From an uncultured delta proteobacterium (GTDB lineage Bacteria; Desulfobacterota; Desulfobacteria; Desulfobacterales; SG8-13), in contig CAWKCK010000017.1 of the NCBI GenBank assembly GCA_963848135.1, positions 558,001 through 622,000 of the forward strand: a stretch of 64,000 nucleotides of DNA, in the 5' to 3' direction. The notes beneath the pieces are model-generated. The model searched no databases, was not told the origin of the DNA, and was given only the letters and a program-made list of their open reading frames with translations. Positions 49,425-59,304 of the stretch are shown here, in pieces. The position numbers were made by a program, and so were the translations under genes. Position 1 is the stretch's first letter; the number at the start of each line of letters is the position of its first letter.

Positions 49425-50006
49425 TTATAGGCGGCCCTTTTCGGCAAACTCTGACAGCACCAACCAGGCTTTGGCATCAAATTTGAGAGCGGAATCCATG
49501 CACATTCTGGCGACCTCGCTGGGAGAGGCCAAGATCACTTCGATCTGCTCGGCGCCTTCGTTGGCAGCGGCAGAGGGTAACCCCTCACATTCCACAAACA
49601 CCATGGTGACCGCCTCGTCGGTCATGCCGGCTGATGAATAGATCGGCGGGCTGATCCTCAGAATCTGCGTCACGGAGAGGCCGGTTTCCTCGTATAGCTC
49701 TCGCCGCGTTGCCGCCTCCACCGTTTCACCGTCATCGATGAGGCCGGCCGGAAATCCGTACTCGACTCCCGCAAGCGGGACGCGGAATTCCCGGGTCATG
49801 ACAATCTTGCCGCGGCCGATATGAAACGGTACGATAACAACAGCATCCGGGATGGCAAATTGGCCCGTCATGCACTTGGGGTGTTTCTGCCGTGTGGCGA
49901 CTTGCCATTGCCTTTCAGTTTCATAAGAATCAACATAATGAATATTAAACAGGTTCAGCCACTTGAGATCCGTCAGCTTCTCACCGCCCTTGATCCGCAT
50001 ATTCAT
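49425..50006 (-). CDS. NUDIX hydrolase (ADP-ribose pyrophosphatase-like)
   Basis: Nudix box PAGLIDDGETVEAATRRELYEETG, SAGMTDE; start ~50000-50006. Confidence 0.92.
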   Translation of the reverse strand: MNMRIKGGEKLTDLKWLNLFNIHYVDSYETERQWQVATRQKHPKCMTGQFAIPDAVVIVPFHIGRGKIVMTREFRVPLAGVEYGFPAGLIDDGETVEAATRRELYEETGLSVTQILRISPPIYSSAGMTDEAVTMVFVECEGLPSAAANEGAEQIEVILASPSEVARMCMDSALKFDAKAWLVLSEFAEKGRL

Positions 50007-50209
50007 CCGTCTCCGAAATAACGATTTTTCATTCGAAACGATGTTTTTCCAATGCAATATTACATATTACTTTTGGTGCGCTTAAATCAACAAACATGTT
50101 AGATGGAATGGGTGCCGATCTCGTCGGCATTGAAAAAAGGCGGGCGTACGTATATTCCTGATTAGCGTGAACACTTCGCTGTCAGAGGCCAATCGCTCCC
50201 TATATGTCG

Positions 50210-51679
50210 CTAAGGCTGATAAGTCAAAACAACGACACTACTGTCAGCACTATTGGCAACAGCCAGGTCGATGTCACCATCGCCATCCCAGTCAGCGGCA
50301 GCGAGAGAGATCGCCCCAGGTTGATCCGGAAGTCTCTGAACCACGGCAAAAACGCCCGCACCGTCATTCTCGAGAATATCGATCCTGTTGGCCCCAAAGT
50401 ATGCGTTGGCCACAGCCAGGTCAATGTCGCCATCACCGTCCCAGTCTCCATCGGCCAGAGCCTGGGCGCCAGACTGGTCTACCAAGGTTTGAGCGACAGA
50501 AAAACGGCCCCTGCCATCATTCTCAACCACATCGACTGTGCTGTTGTAGGAATTCGCAAAGGCCAGGTCAACGTCCCCATCGCCATCCCAATCGCCGTCG
50601 ACCACGGCCAAAGTTCCGAGTCGGGCTAAAATCCTTTGTGTGACCAAGAAAGAGCCACCGCCGGCGTTGCCGAGGACATCAACCCAGTCGCCGATGAAAT
50701 TTGCCACAACGATATCAAGATCGCCATCTCCATCCCAGTCACCGGTCGCAAACGCAGCGGGCCCGATCTGGTCCCAGATGAGGTTCTGAACACCAAAGCT
50801 GCCCGTCCCGTCGTTGGTCAATATGACCACCCAATCTCCGTCGAGATTCGCCAGAACGAGATCGATGTCACCATCGCCGTCCCAATCACCAGCGGTCAAA
50901 CCGTAGGGACCCCAGAGACCCGAGAAACTAAACCCTTGGTTGAAGTTACCCGTGCCGTCATTTTTCAACACGTCTAACCTGTGGGCTGCATAGTTGGCAA
51001 CGGCCAGATCGATGTCGCCATCACTGTCCCAATCGCCAGCGGTCAAGGCTCTGGCACCCGGTTGATCTGGAATTTGCCCGGCAGAACGAAAATGGCCCGC
51101 ACCGTCATTTTCAAGCACGGTGACACGATTCGTACCAGGGTTGGCGACAACCATGTCGATGTCACCATCGTTATCCCAGTCTCCGACAGCCAGGTCGATA
51201 GCGCCAGATTGGCCGGGTATGGTTTGAGTTGCAACAAACCGGCCCGGTCCACTGAGTGTCTCAGTTCTGAATCGGTAAACAAATGGGAGGCCCAAAGATC
51301 GCCCTTCAGCCGAACTCAATGATCCGGTCAAGATGACATCAATCTCTTCGCCGGTTTTAAACCGATTGTCAGAATCGAACCCGAGCGTTGCTGTGCCACC
51401 ACCAGTGAAACTGCCGGTCAATTTACCACTCTGAGACCCTAGCACAACGAAAGAGTCGGCTGTGCCGGCGTTCATCACCTGGTCAAAATTCGTCAGGATG
51501 GCTGCATCCACCCGCACCGCGCTATCGTTGGCAACGGGATCGAAACTCAAAACCTGCGGCGCCCCTTCGACCAATTCAGCCGTTCGGATTCCGCCTGAAT
51601 CGCCTGAAGACCCACCGCAAGATAGTAAACTCGAGATCAAAACTAGAACCAGAAACCTAACCAAGAAGTTTTTTGCCAT
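50210..51679 (-). CDS. lipoprotein with Ig-like domain and seven FG-GAP/VCBS-like repeats
   Basis: lipobox LLSC then GGSSG; seven DWDxDGDxD repeats. Confidence 0.85.
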   Translation of the reverse strand: MAKNFLVRFLVLVLISSLLSCGGSSGDSGGIRTAELVEGAPQVLSFDPVANDSAVRVDAAILTNFDQVMNAGTADSFVVLGSQSGKLTGSFTGGGTATLGFDSDNRFKTGEEIDVILTGSLSSAEGRSLGLPFVYRFRTETLSGPGRFVATQTIPGQSGAIDLAVGDWDNDGDIDMVVANPGTNRVTVLENDGAGHFRSAGQIPDQPGARALTAGDWDSDGDIDLAVANYAAHRLDVLKNDGTGNFNQGFSFSGLWGPYGLTAGDWDGDGDIDLVLANLDGDWVVILTNDGTGSFGVQNLIWDQIGPAAFATGDWDGDGDLDIVVANFIGDWVDVLGNAGGGSFLVTQRILARLGTLAVVDGDWDGDGDVDLAFANSYNSTVDVVENDGRGRFSVAQTLVDQSGAQALADGDWDGDGDIDLAVANAYFGANRIDILENDGAGVFAVVQRLPDQPGAISLAAADWDGDGDIDLAVANSADSSVVVLTYQP

Positions 51680-51837
51680 AACAGCCTCGCCTGAAAGCCA
51701 ACGTTGAAACCAGCAGCGCAATTATATTTGCAATTTATTTTTGAAAAACGGTATCAAAGGTACGTGTCGTCGAAGGTCAAACAGATATTTGCAATATAGT
51801 TATCTTCTTCTCTGCAGCATAGCGTTGCTTCCAACCG

Positions 51838-52932
51838 CTACCACCTGAACAGTAACCCTCCCGTGGCCACAATGGCCTGCTGATCATAGAAATCAATATT
51901 GGCATCAATGTCCACGTATCCTCCGCTAATATAAAAGTTTATGGGATTGCTGCCGAAAATGCGCCAGCCCCAGGGATTTTTGTAGTAAACGGACGCTTGC
52001 AATCCGATGTGGTCATCATTCTGGTATATATTGTAGATGGGATTTCTTTCGTCATAATCTTCAAATCCGAAAAACAGGTTGGCAGTCACCGTAAAGGGAT
52101 CCCCTGAGTACACATAATTCAATTGGAAAGTATATGTATCTCCGGCCATAGCGGCACCCTTAAGATCGCTTCGCGTAAATCTGAATACCGGTGTCCACAT
52201 ATGTTTGGGCGTGATGCCAAAGCGATAGAGTATCTCCCCGACATGGCGATTTCCATTTCTACTCAGAAGATCGCGCTGTACACTGTTTAAACCCAAAAAT
52301 TCGCCGCTCTTTTCGCTGCCGAGATCGATTTGGCGATACGTGTATTGGAGCTGCAACTGGCTGTCGAAAATTCTGTCCCAAACCAGCCTTACGCCATTGG
52401 CTCGCCGATCGGTTTCGACGCGATCCTGGTAGCCTGCCACGTAAGGGTCCTGCCAAACAGTGGTCGCGAAAATATTGAACAGAAATCCGCCTTGGATAAG
52501 TCCGAGTTTTCCGATTTCCTGTTTGATACCGACCTGCTGGCTGAAGTCCAACCGGATCAGGTCTGTCGGATCCGTGCCGATGAAAAGCTGTGTGCGGGTG
52601 TCCGAAAACGTGTATTCCAGTGAAAAGGGGATCAGGAAAAGGGGTGAGGATTCGGATTCCGGGCTGTCAAACAATGAACCGGCGTTTTTCTCCGAAACGT
52701 CCTCCCCTAAAAAACTGGCAACCATGTTGCTTTTAACACTGACATAACCGGCACCGGGACGGATATATCCGCTAAAACCGGAATCCCGGGGCACCGGTTC
52801 CAGGGCCTGGACGATGGTGGCCACCAGAAGCAGAACCGTCAAAAACGCAATACTTGTCAAACAGTTCTGTCTAATTTTCCCCACGCCACTCCCTCCTCGA
52901 AACTTGTTAAGGAAACCGATCATTCCCATCAC
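51838..52932 (-). CDS. outer-membrane beta-barrel protein (DUF2860-like)
   Basis: signal peptide, alternating aromatic beta-strands, VWQDPY, C-terminal LFRW; start uncertain. Confidence 0.65.
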   Translation of the reverse strand: MMGMIGFLNKFRGGSGVGKIRQNCLTSIAFLTVLLLVATIVQALEPVPRDSGFSGYIRPGAGYVSVKSNMVASFLGEDVSEKNAGSLFDSPESESSPLFLIPFSLEYTFSDTRTQLFIGTDPTDLIRLDFSQQVGIKQEIGKLGLIQGGFLFNIFATTVWQDPYVAGYQDRVETDRRANGVRLVWDRIFDSQLQLQYTYRQIDLGSEKSGEFLGLNSVQRDLLSRNGNRHVGEILYRFGITPKHMWTPVFRFTRSDLKGAAMAGDTYTFQLNYVYSGDPFTVTANLFFGFEDYDERNPIYNIYQNDDHIGLQASVYYKNPWGWRIFGSNPINFYISGGYVDIDANIDFYDQQAIVATGGLLFRW

Positions 52933-52938
52933 AAAATA

Positions 52939-52971
52939 ACAAAGGGTTCGCGAAGATCACAAACCCTTTGT
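52939..52971 (-). terminator. hairpin after tRNA-Phe
   Basis: acaaagggtt..aaccctttgt inverted repeat, T-rich downstream on the - strand. Confidence 0.7.
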
Positions 52972-52976
52972 GTTAA

Positions 52977-53052
52977 TGGTGCCGAGGGACAGAATCGAAC
53001 TGCCGACACGGGGATTTTCAGTCCCCTGCTCTACCGACTGAGCTACCTCGGC
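52977..53052 (-). tRNA. tRNA-Phe(GAA)
   Basis: reverse complement GCCGAGG..GGGGA-CTGAAAA-TCCCC..GTTCGAT..CCTCGGC-ACCA, 76 nt. Confidence 0.98.
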
Positions 53053-53062
53053 GAAGGTCATT

Positions 53063-53854
53063 TTAAGAGTGATCTCTTCTATTGAAAGTGCCGTGGTTTG
53101 TCAAGGTTTTTTTCCCCATATCACCGTAAAGGTATTGCAGCAGGGCCGTTGCGGCCACGGTGGCGGTTTCCGTCCGCAGGGTCCGCGGACCGAGACCGAC
53201 GGTGATAAATCCATTCGCCTTGGCCATGTCGACCTCTGTGGGGGAAAACCCTCCTTCGGGACCAAGAACAGCAATGATTTGTTTGATCTCGATACCTCTG
53301 GGTGTCATCTCGTTGAAATCGAGCAGCCGGGCTTCATTCTCCCAGAACATGATGCGCAGATCGCAGGGCTTTGCTCTCAACATTACATCGTCAAAGCTGT
53401 CGGCCGGTTCGATGTCCATGGCGCGCCCTCTTCGGCACTGTTTCAGAGATTCGCGGGTAATTTTACGCCACCGCTCGAGACGCGTGCGAAGGCGCCGGTT
53501 GTCGGGTCGCGATACGGACCTTGCCGCGCAGAACGGCATCCATACCGTCGTGCCCAACTCGGTCATCTGCCGGATGAGATCGTCCATCTTTTTGTCTTTT
53601 AAATAGGCCTGCGCGACAATTAATTCCACGACAGGACCGTCCGGTGCGGGTCTGCAGCTGATAACTTCAACAGTGACACTGTCCGGTTTGATCGAATTGA
53701 TCTGAGCCATGAATGAATTTCCCCGGCCATCAAGCAGACCGATCCGGTCACCACGGCTGAGGCGCAAAACATTTCTGATGTGACGAACATCGGAGCCCCT
53801 GATAATGACCCTTTCACCGGCCAAAACCGGTTTGTCGACAAAAAAATACCGCAT
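53063..53854 (-). CDS. rsmE: 16S rRNA m3U1498 methyltransferase
   Basis: HIRNVLRL, TELG, QCRR, LGPEGGFS, LGPRTLRTETA. Confidence 0.95.
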   Translation of the reverse strand: MRYFFVDKPVLAGERVIIRGSDVRHIRNVLRLSRGDRIGLLDGRGNSFMAQINSIKPDSVTVEVISCRPAPDGPVVELIVAQAYLKDKKMDDLIRQMTELGTTVWMPFCAARSVSRPDNRRLRTRLERWRKITRESLKQCRRGRAMDIEPADSFDDVMLRAKPCDLRIMFWENEARLLDFNEMTPRGIEIKQIIAVLGPEGGFSPTEVDMAKANGFITVGLGPRTLRTETATVAATALLQYLYGDMGKKTLTNHGTFNRRDHS

Positions 53855-54220
53855 GGCCGACCATATCCGCTCCGCCGAGCGATTGCAAATGCCGATTCCC
53901 TATTATTTCACAAGTCCTATGCCCGGTGGGAAAAACGCACGCCCGGGCACACGTGATCAGCCCTGCAATCTCACTGAAGGGGACATTCTAAAGCTCGGCC
54001 GACATAGAGTTCCGCATACTGGTGGTAACTCCGCCAATGGGTATATCTAAAGAAAATGATTTTCTTTTCGGCCCTGTGGAAAACAATTATGAAAATGGCG
54101 GGCCGTTGACGGTTCAACAACCCGGCAAACATATTGACTTGGTTGGCACTATATGATAATATACTAAAATTAATGGGAAATATACTAAGTTTATGTCCAA
54201 CCCAATCATAGAGGACAACC

Positions 54221-55873
54221 ATGCAGAACCGCGATATCGATTCACCGGCCGGACCGAAAAACAATGAACTGGAAGACGACCTTATCATCAAATTCGCCGA
54301 AGAAGTCCTGGCGGTTCCGGATGATGATATTTTTGAGCTTGACGATGACAAAAATCCGAATGCCGAAAACGACGAGATCATCGACCTGACGGAAGTTGCT
54401 GAGACAAAGCTTCAAAGCGATGACGACATCCTCGACTTGACTGAAGATATAGAGATCGGTCCGGGTAGTGAAGATGAACTACTGGAACTGGAAGATCTGC
54501 CCGAAGAGTCGACGGATACCGAGGCGACACTTTCTGAGATTATCGACGGCGATGACGATTTGACTCTCCTGGATGACGCCGTGCTTGACCTCGATGACGT
54601 GGTGGAAGAGATAAGCGCTGTCGAACAGGATATCTTCGCACAGGAGGATGAAATTGACGACGAAGGATCGATAAAATCAGCTGAATTTCTGAGCACCGCA
54701 GAGGCGGAAGCTTTGGATACGCTGACGTCTGACGGCACCGAAGAGGAAATCCTGCTCGATTTCAATGATGACCTCACTGACGAAGATGCTGTTGAAGAGG
54801 TCGAGCTTGCAGGCGACCTGGATGAACGACCGAATGAAGTTCCGATAGTTGACGGACCTCAGGAAAAACTGGAACTCACTGAAACCGATCGCCGAATCCT
54901 TGAAGAGGAACTGAGTCTCGATACCGACGAGGGTATGGATGCCGTTTTAATCGATGGTGAGAATGCAGATAACGTCAAGGATACCGCGGATCCCGTTGAG
55001 GACGAAATCGACCAGTCCCTGGCGGATACCCCAGACCCCGCCGAGAACGCAGTGCCTCCGGCTGCTGAAGAGACAACGCTCAACGGTTCAGATATCTTAG
55101 CGCTTGAAGACGACATCACCGAAACCATGGATACTGAATTGGACCGGGATCTGGCTGAATCGTTGCCGGACATACCCGTGGAGGCAGGCCAGAGCCAGAC
55201 CGTGGAAGAAGACCAGGATCGAATTGACATCGACAGTGACATCGAATCGGACGATAGTGAACCCGCTGTGGATGAGGCTTTGGAAACCGATGATCCGATT
55301 GACGAATTCAATTTTGATTTCGATGATGCCGCACAACCTGCTGCCGAGGCGAACAACGGTGAACTCCCACCGCTGACTGCCGAGGAGGAACTCTCAGTCG
55401 AGGCTCTGCTCGCTGAAGTCGATTCTCCCGAAAATTTGGAACTGTCGAATACAGTTGAAACTGGGCATGAAGATCCGGAGTTGGATGACCAATCGGACGA
55501 AAAATCCGTGGCCGTCATGCCATCGGATGAAAAACAACCGGCTGCTGACATTAATATGGACTTTGATCAGGCCGATGCGACCGACGACAATGATTTGCAC
55601 AAAACTGCAGATCCGATATTGATTCGCGTCAAAGAACAGGCCACACCGAACCACGCGGATGAAGACACACTGCTCAATAGTGTCTTCGAACCGGATCCGG
55701 AAGTCGGTAATCTCTCTTCAGAACAACTCGAAACGGTTGTCGAACGGGCGGTCACCAAGATCTTTTCAGAGAGGATCGAAACGATTCTCTTCGATGCCAT
55801 CGACCGGGCCGTGACCAAAGAAATCGGACGGTTGAAAACGCTTATCCTTGGCGACGCTGACCAAAAAGACTAG
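54221..55873 (+). CDS. hyper-acidic low-complexity protein with helical C-terminus (PopZ/RomR-C-like scaffold candidate)
   Basis: 550 aa, D/E dominated, repeated D.I(D/E)L motifs, C-terminal LETVVERAVTKIFSERIETILFDAIDRAVTKEIGRL; GAGGA RBS. Confidence 0.8.
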   Translation: MQNRDIDSPAGPKNNELEDDLIIKFAEEVLAVPDDDIFELDDDKNPNAENDEIIDLTEVAETKLQSDDDILDLTEDIEIGPGSEDELLELEDLPEESTDTEATLSEIIDGDDDLTLLDDAVLDLDDVVEEISAVEQDIFAQEDEIDDEGSIKSAEFLSTAEAEALDTLTSDGTEEEILLDFNDDLTDEDAVEEVELAGDLDERPNEVPIVDGPQEKLELTETDRRILEEELSLDTDEGMDAVLIDGENADNVKDTADPVEDEIDQSLADTPDPAENAVPPAAEETTLNGSDILALEDDITETMDTELDRDLAESLPDIPVEAGQSQTVEEDQDRIDIDSDIESDDSEPAVDEALETDDPIDEFNFDFDDAAQPAAEANNGELPPLTAEEELSVEALLAEVDSPENLELSNTVETGHEDPELDDQSDEKSVAVMPSDEKQPAADINMDFDQADATDDNDLHKTADPILIRVKEQATPNHADEDTLLNSVFEPDPEVGNLSSEQLETVVERAVTKIFSERIETILFDAIDRAVTKEIGRLKTLILGDADQKD

Positions 55874-56083
55874 AAGTTATCTCAAAATTAGGATTTTCGG
55901 TCAAGATCAAGGCGAGACCGAGGATCCACGCTGGGCGGGATTTCCCATCCGATCCAACACAACCTGTGGGTCATAACCCGCAGGCATACTCAGGCATGTC
56001 GAGGACTTGAGACAAGGGCTCAACGCCGAGATTTATCTGCCTCTGGCAGATCGGGCGAAAAGGCTTTTTTGAGATGTCTTCTA
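55871..56083. mobile_element. MITE-like non-autonomous element
   Basis: terminal inverted repeats tagaagttatctcaaaa / ttttgagatgtcttcta (15/17), TA at both ends, internal hairpin atctgcc-tct-ggcagat, no transposase. Confidence 0.65.
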
Positions 56084-56513
56084 AAAATCGACCGCAACCA
56101 TAGCTCTGACATTGACAGCAATGCCGGGATTTCGAAAACCTGGCCTTCCACCGCATCAATAGATAACGAAGGTTGATCAATATCATCCTGCCGCATGAAA
56201 ATCCGGTTTCCTATCCCAAACCTTCGTTGTTTCTAGCCGTAGGCCCTGCGGCTGGACAAGAATGTCCTCTAAGCTGAGGCCAGGTCCCCCCTTCGGCCTT
56301 GCAATCGGTACTCCCCGCTCGGCTTTATAGACCATCGTCTCAGATCCCGGTGCAAAAACCTGATCCTGACGGCCACGACGGCTATGGATTCGGAAGATTT
56401 GAGGTTGAAATCTTGCCTGTCTTCTATTAAGAATGGGCCTGTTTTACGAGTTTGATTCTACCGCTGAATGGCAATACCGCCGATCGTCGTCGATCTGGAA
56501 GGAGTAACACTGT

Positions 56514-59189
56514 ATGAGTTCGGACCAATTGAGTAAGAGCTATGAACCGCAAGAAGTTGAAAGCCGTTGGTATCAGTACTGGGAGCAGGAGCAACTTTTT
56601 GCTGCCCGGGAAGATACTTCTCGCCAAAGCTTTTCGATCGTAATTCCACCACCGAATGTCACCGGTGTTCTCCATATGGGACACGCTTTGAACAATACGC
56701 TGCAGGACATCCTCTGTCGCTATCGACGACTCCGGGGCGACAATGTCCTTTGGATGCCTGGAACCGACCACGCCGGCATCGCAACCCAGAACGTCGTGGA
56801 AAGAAGCCTGGCAGCAGAGGGGTTAGACCGCCATCATCTCGGTCGTGAAAAATTCATCGACGCTGTGTGGCAATGGCGCCAAAAATACGGCAGCGCTATC
56901 ATCAATCAACTCAAACGTCTCGGGGCATCGTGTGACTGGCAGCGTGAACGTTTTACCATGGATGATGGCCTCTCCCTGGCCGTGCGCACGGTTTTTGTGC
57001 AACTTTACGAAGAGGGATTAATTTATCGCGGTAACTACATCATCAACTGGTGCCCACGTTGCTTCACCGCCTTGGCGGACCTGGAGGTCGAACACGAGGA
57101 AACGGACGGTCATCTTTACCACATCCGTTATCCCTACACGGACGGTTCCGGTGACATCATTGTTGCCACGACCCGGCCCGAAACCATGCTGGGCGACACT
57201 GCAGTGGCGGTCCATCCGGAGGACGACCGCTACCGGGATGCCGATGCCAAAACGGTAACTTTACCTTTGATGAATCGCGTCATTCCGGTTCTCAGGGACG
57301 CCTATGTGGATAGGTCTTTCGGCACCGGGGCGCTGAAAGTGACCCCGGCTCACGATGCGAATGATTACGAGATTGGCCTGAGACACAACCTACCACTGGT
57401 CAAGGTAATCGACGACAACGGCCGTATGACATCAGAGGCCGGCCGGTTCGAAAACCTTGAGCGCTTCGAGTGCCGAAAAGCGGTTGTCGAAGCATTGAAA
57501 GAAGAAGGGTATCTTGCCCGCATCGAGGACCACAGTCACAGTGTCGGTCAGTGCTATCGCTGCAAAGAGGTGGTAGAACCGAACCTCTCCCGCCAATGGT
57601 TCGTTAAAACCAAACCATTGGCCGAAGAGGCCATCGCGGCAGTAAAAAACGGCCAAACCCGCATCATCCCAGAAGTCTGGACCCAGACCTACTTTGACTG
57701 GATGGAAAATATCCGCGACTGGTGCATTTCGCGACAGATCTGGTGGGGACACCAGATTCCGGCCTGGACATGTGAGGGATGCCGGGAAATGGTCGTGGCC
57801 GTGGAAACACCAATTACCTGCCCTTCCTGTGGCAGCAATGCGCTGGTCCAGGACACGGATGTACTCGATACGTGGTTCAGCTCGGCTCTGTGGCCGTTTT
57901 CGACGATGGGCTGGCCGGAGCAGACACCGCTTTTGGGTATATTTTATCCGACCTCGACCCTGGTGACCGGTTTCGATATCCTCTTCTTCTGGGTCGCCCG
58001 AATGATGATGATGGGGATTCATTTCATGGGGGACGTGCCATTTCGTGACGTGTATGTTCACGCCCTTGTGAGGGACGAAGAAGGCAAGAAAATGAGCAAA
58101 TCCAAGGGGAACGTCATCGACCCGCTCAATGTCATCGACACTTATGGTACCGATGCATTCCGATTTACCCTGGCCGCCTTTGCCGCGCAAGGACGCGATA
58201 TAAAAATGTCCGAAAAGCGTATCGAAGGCTACCGCCACTTCATCAACAAACTCTGGAACGCCGGCCGACTGTGCCTGATGCATCTCACGGATGAACACAC
58301 CTCCGTCGCTAAGGCCGGTAAGAGGAATTTTTTACCGGACCGCTGGATATTGTCCCGGTTGCAGGCCTTGACATGCGCCGTGACTGACGCCTTGGACGGC
58401 TATCGCTTCAACGAAGCTGCCGGCGCACTGTACAACTTCGTCTGGCACGAATTTTGTGACTGGTATTTGGAAGCGATCAAGCCGGTTCTGTATGACAAAG
58501 CCGGACCGGAACAGAAAGCGGCTACGCTGGCGGTGCTCAGGCGTGTGCTGCGCGACACGCTGGTGCTTCTTCATCCGTTTATTCCTTTCGTCACCGAAGA
58601 AATCTGGAGCAACCTGCCGGACGTCGATGGCTCGATCATGACCGCGGCCTATCCTCTGGAGGACACAAAATATTCATCTCTATCCCGCGATTCGGAAGCC
58701 GAATCGGAAATGACGTTACTGACCGATATCATCACTGGTGTTCGCAACATTCGCGGAGAGATGGATCTGCCGCTATCCCTGGCACTGAAGGTCGAATTCC
58801 AGGCCGAAGATGCCGCCGTCAGGGCCACGGTCGACAAGCAGCGAGAGTTGATAGTCAATCTTGCCCGGGTCAAAGAACTGATCACGCGCGAGCCTGGACG
58901 CAGACCCCCCGCCGCCGCAACGGCGATTATCGAATACGGCGTGATATTCGTTCCACTCGAAGGTCTCATTGATTTGGCCAAAGAAATCGATCGACTTCAG
59001 AAACGGATCAACAAAGTCAACGCCGATCTGTCACCGGTCATCAAAAAATTGAATAATGAAGATTTTTTAAACAAAGCGCCGGAAAAGGTTGTCGCCAGCG
59101 TGAAGGAAAAACAGGCCCTATTGCATCAGACACTGGAAAAACTCCAGACCACCCTGATCAAAGTAAAAGACCTGTCGAATGCTGAATAA
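56514..59189 (+). CDS. valS: valine--tRNA ligase
   Basis: PPPNVTGVLHMGH, DHAGIATQ, DWCISRQIWWGH, DTWFSS, KMSKS, C-terminal coiled coil. Confidence 0.98.
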   Translation: MSSDQLSKSYEPQEVESRWYQYWEQEQLFAAREDTSRQSFSIVIPPPNVTGVLHMGHALNNTLQDILCRYRRLRGDNVLWMPGTDHAGIATQNVVERSLAAEGLDRHHLGREKFIDAVWQWRQKYGSAIINQLKRLGASCDWQRERFTMDDGLSLAVRTVFVQLYEEGLIYRGNYIINWCPRCFTALADLEVEHEETDGHLYHIRYPYTDGSGDIIVATTRPETMLGDTAVAVHPEDDRYRDADAKTVTLPLMNRVIPVLRDAYVDRSFGTGALKVTPAHDANDYEIGLRHNLPLVKVIDDNGRMTSEAGRFENLERFECRKAVVEALKEEGYLARIEDHSHSVGQCYRCKEVVEPNLSRQWFVKTKPLAEEAIAAVKNGQTRIIPEVWTQTYFDWMENIRDWCISRQIWWGHQIPAWTCEGCREMVVAVETPITCPSCGSNALVQDTDVLDTWFSSALWPFSTMGWPEQTPLLGIFYPTSTLVTGFDILFFWVARMMMMGIHFMGDVPFRDVYVHALVRDEEGKKMSKSKGNVIDPLNVIDTYGTDAFRFTLAAFAAQGRDIKMSEKRIEGYRHFINKLWNAGRLCLMHLTDEHTSVAKAGKRNFLPDRWILSRLQALTCAVTDALDGYRFNEAAGALYNFVWHEFCDWYLEAIKPVLYDKAGPEQKAATLAVLRRVLRDTLVLLHPFIPFVTEEIWSNLPDVDGSIMTAAYPLEDTKYSSLSRDSEAESEMTLLTDIITGVRNIRGEMDLPLSLALKVEFQAEDAAVRATVDKQRELIVNLARVKELITREPGRRPPAAATAIIEYGVIFVPLEGLIDLAKEIDRLQKRINKVNADLSPVIKKLNNEDFLNKAPEKVVASVKEKQALLHQTLEKLQTTLIKVKDLSNAE

Positions 59190-59304
59190 ACATTGAAACA
59201 TGCAGCCTGAGCGGCGCTCGGTGGTGCAATGCCGCTTCGGCGCTGCAACCGGGCACCCCGCCAAAGGCCTCATTACCGGCAACGATTGGAAGGAAGTGAG
59301 CCTG

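Noticed and set aside
50107..50130. attR-like duplicate of the tRNA-Phe 3' end (ggtgccga)
   Set aside because: Only 8 bp match, explained by a local hairpin tgccga..tcggca; no integrase
50230..51200. Regularly spaced DNA repeats resembling a CRISPR array
   Set aside because: They are degenerate codon-level FG-GAP protein repeats within one ORF; no cas genes
54412..55818. Long Ser-rich ORFs on the - strand
   Set aside because: Antisense shadows of Asp/Glu codons of the acidic protein
56084..56513. T-box riboswitch in the long valS leader
   Set aside because: No T-box consensus (GGTGGNACCGCG) or terminator/antiterminator pair seen
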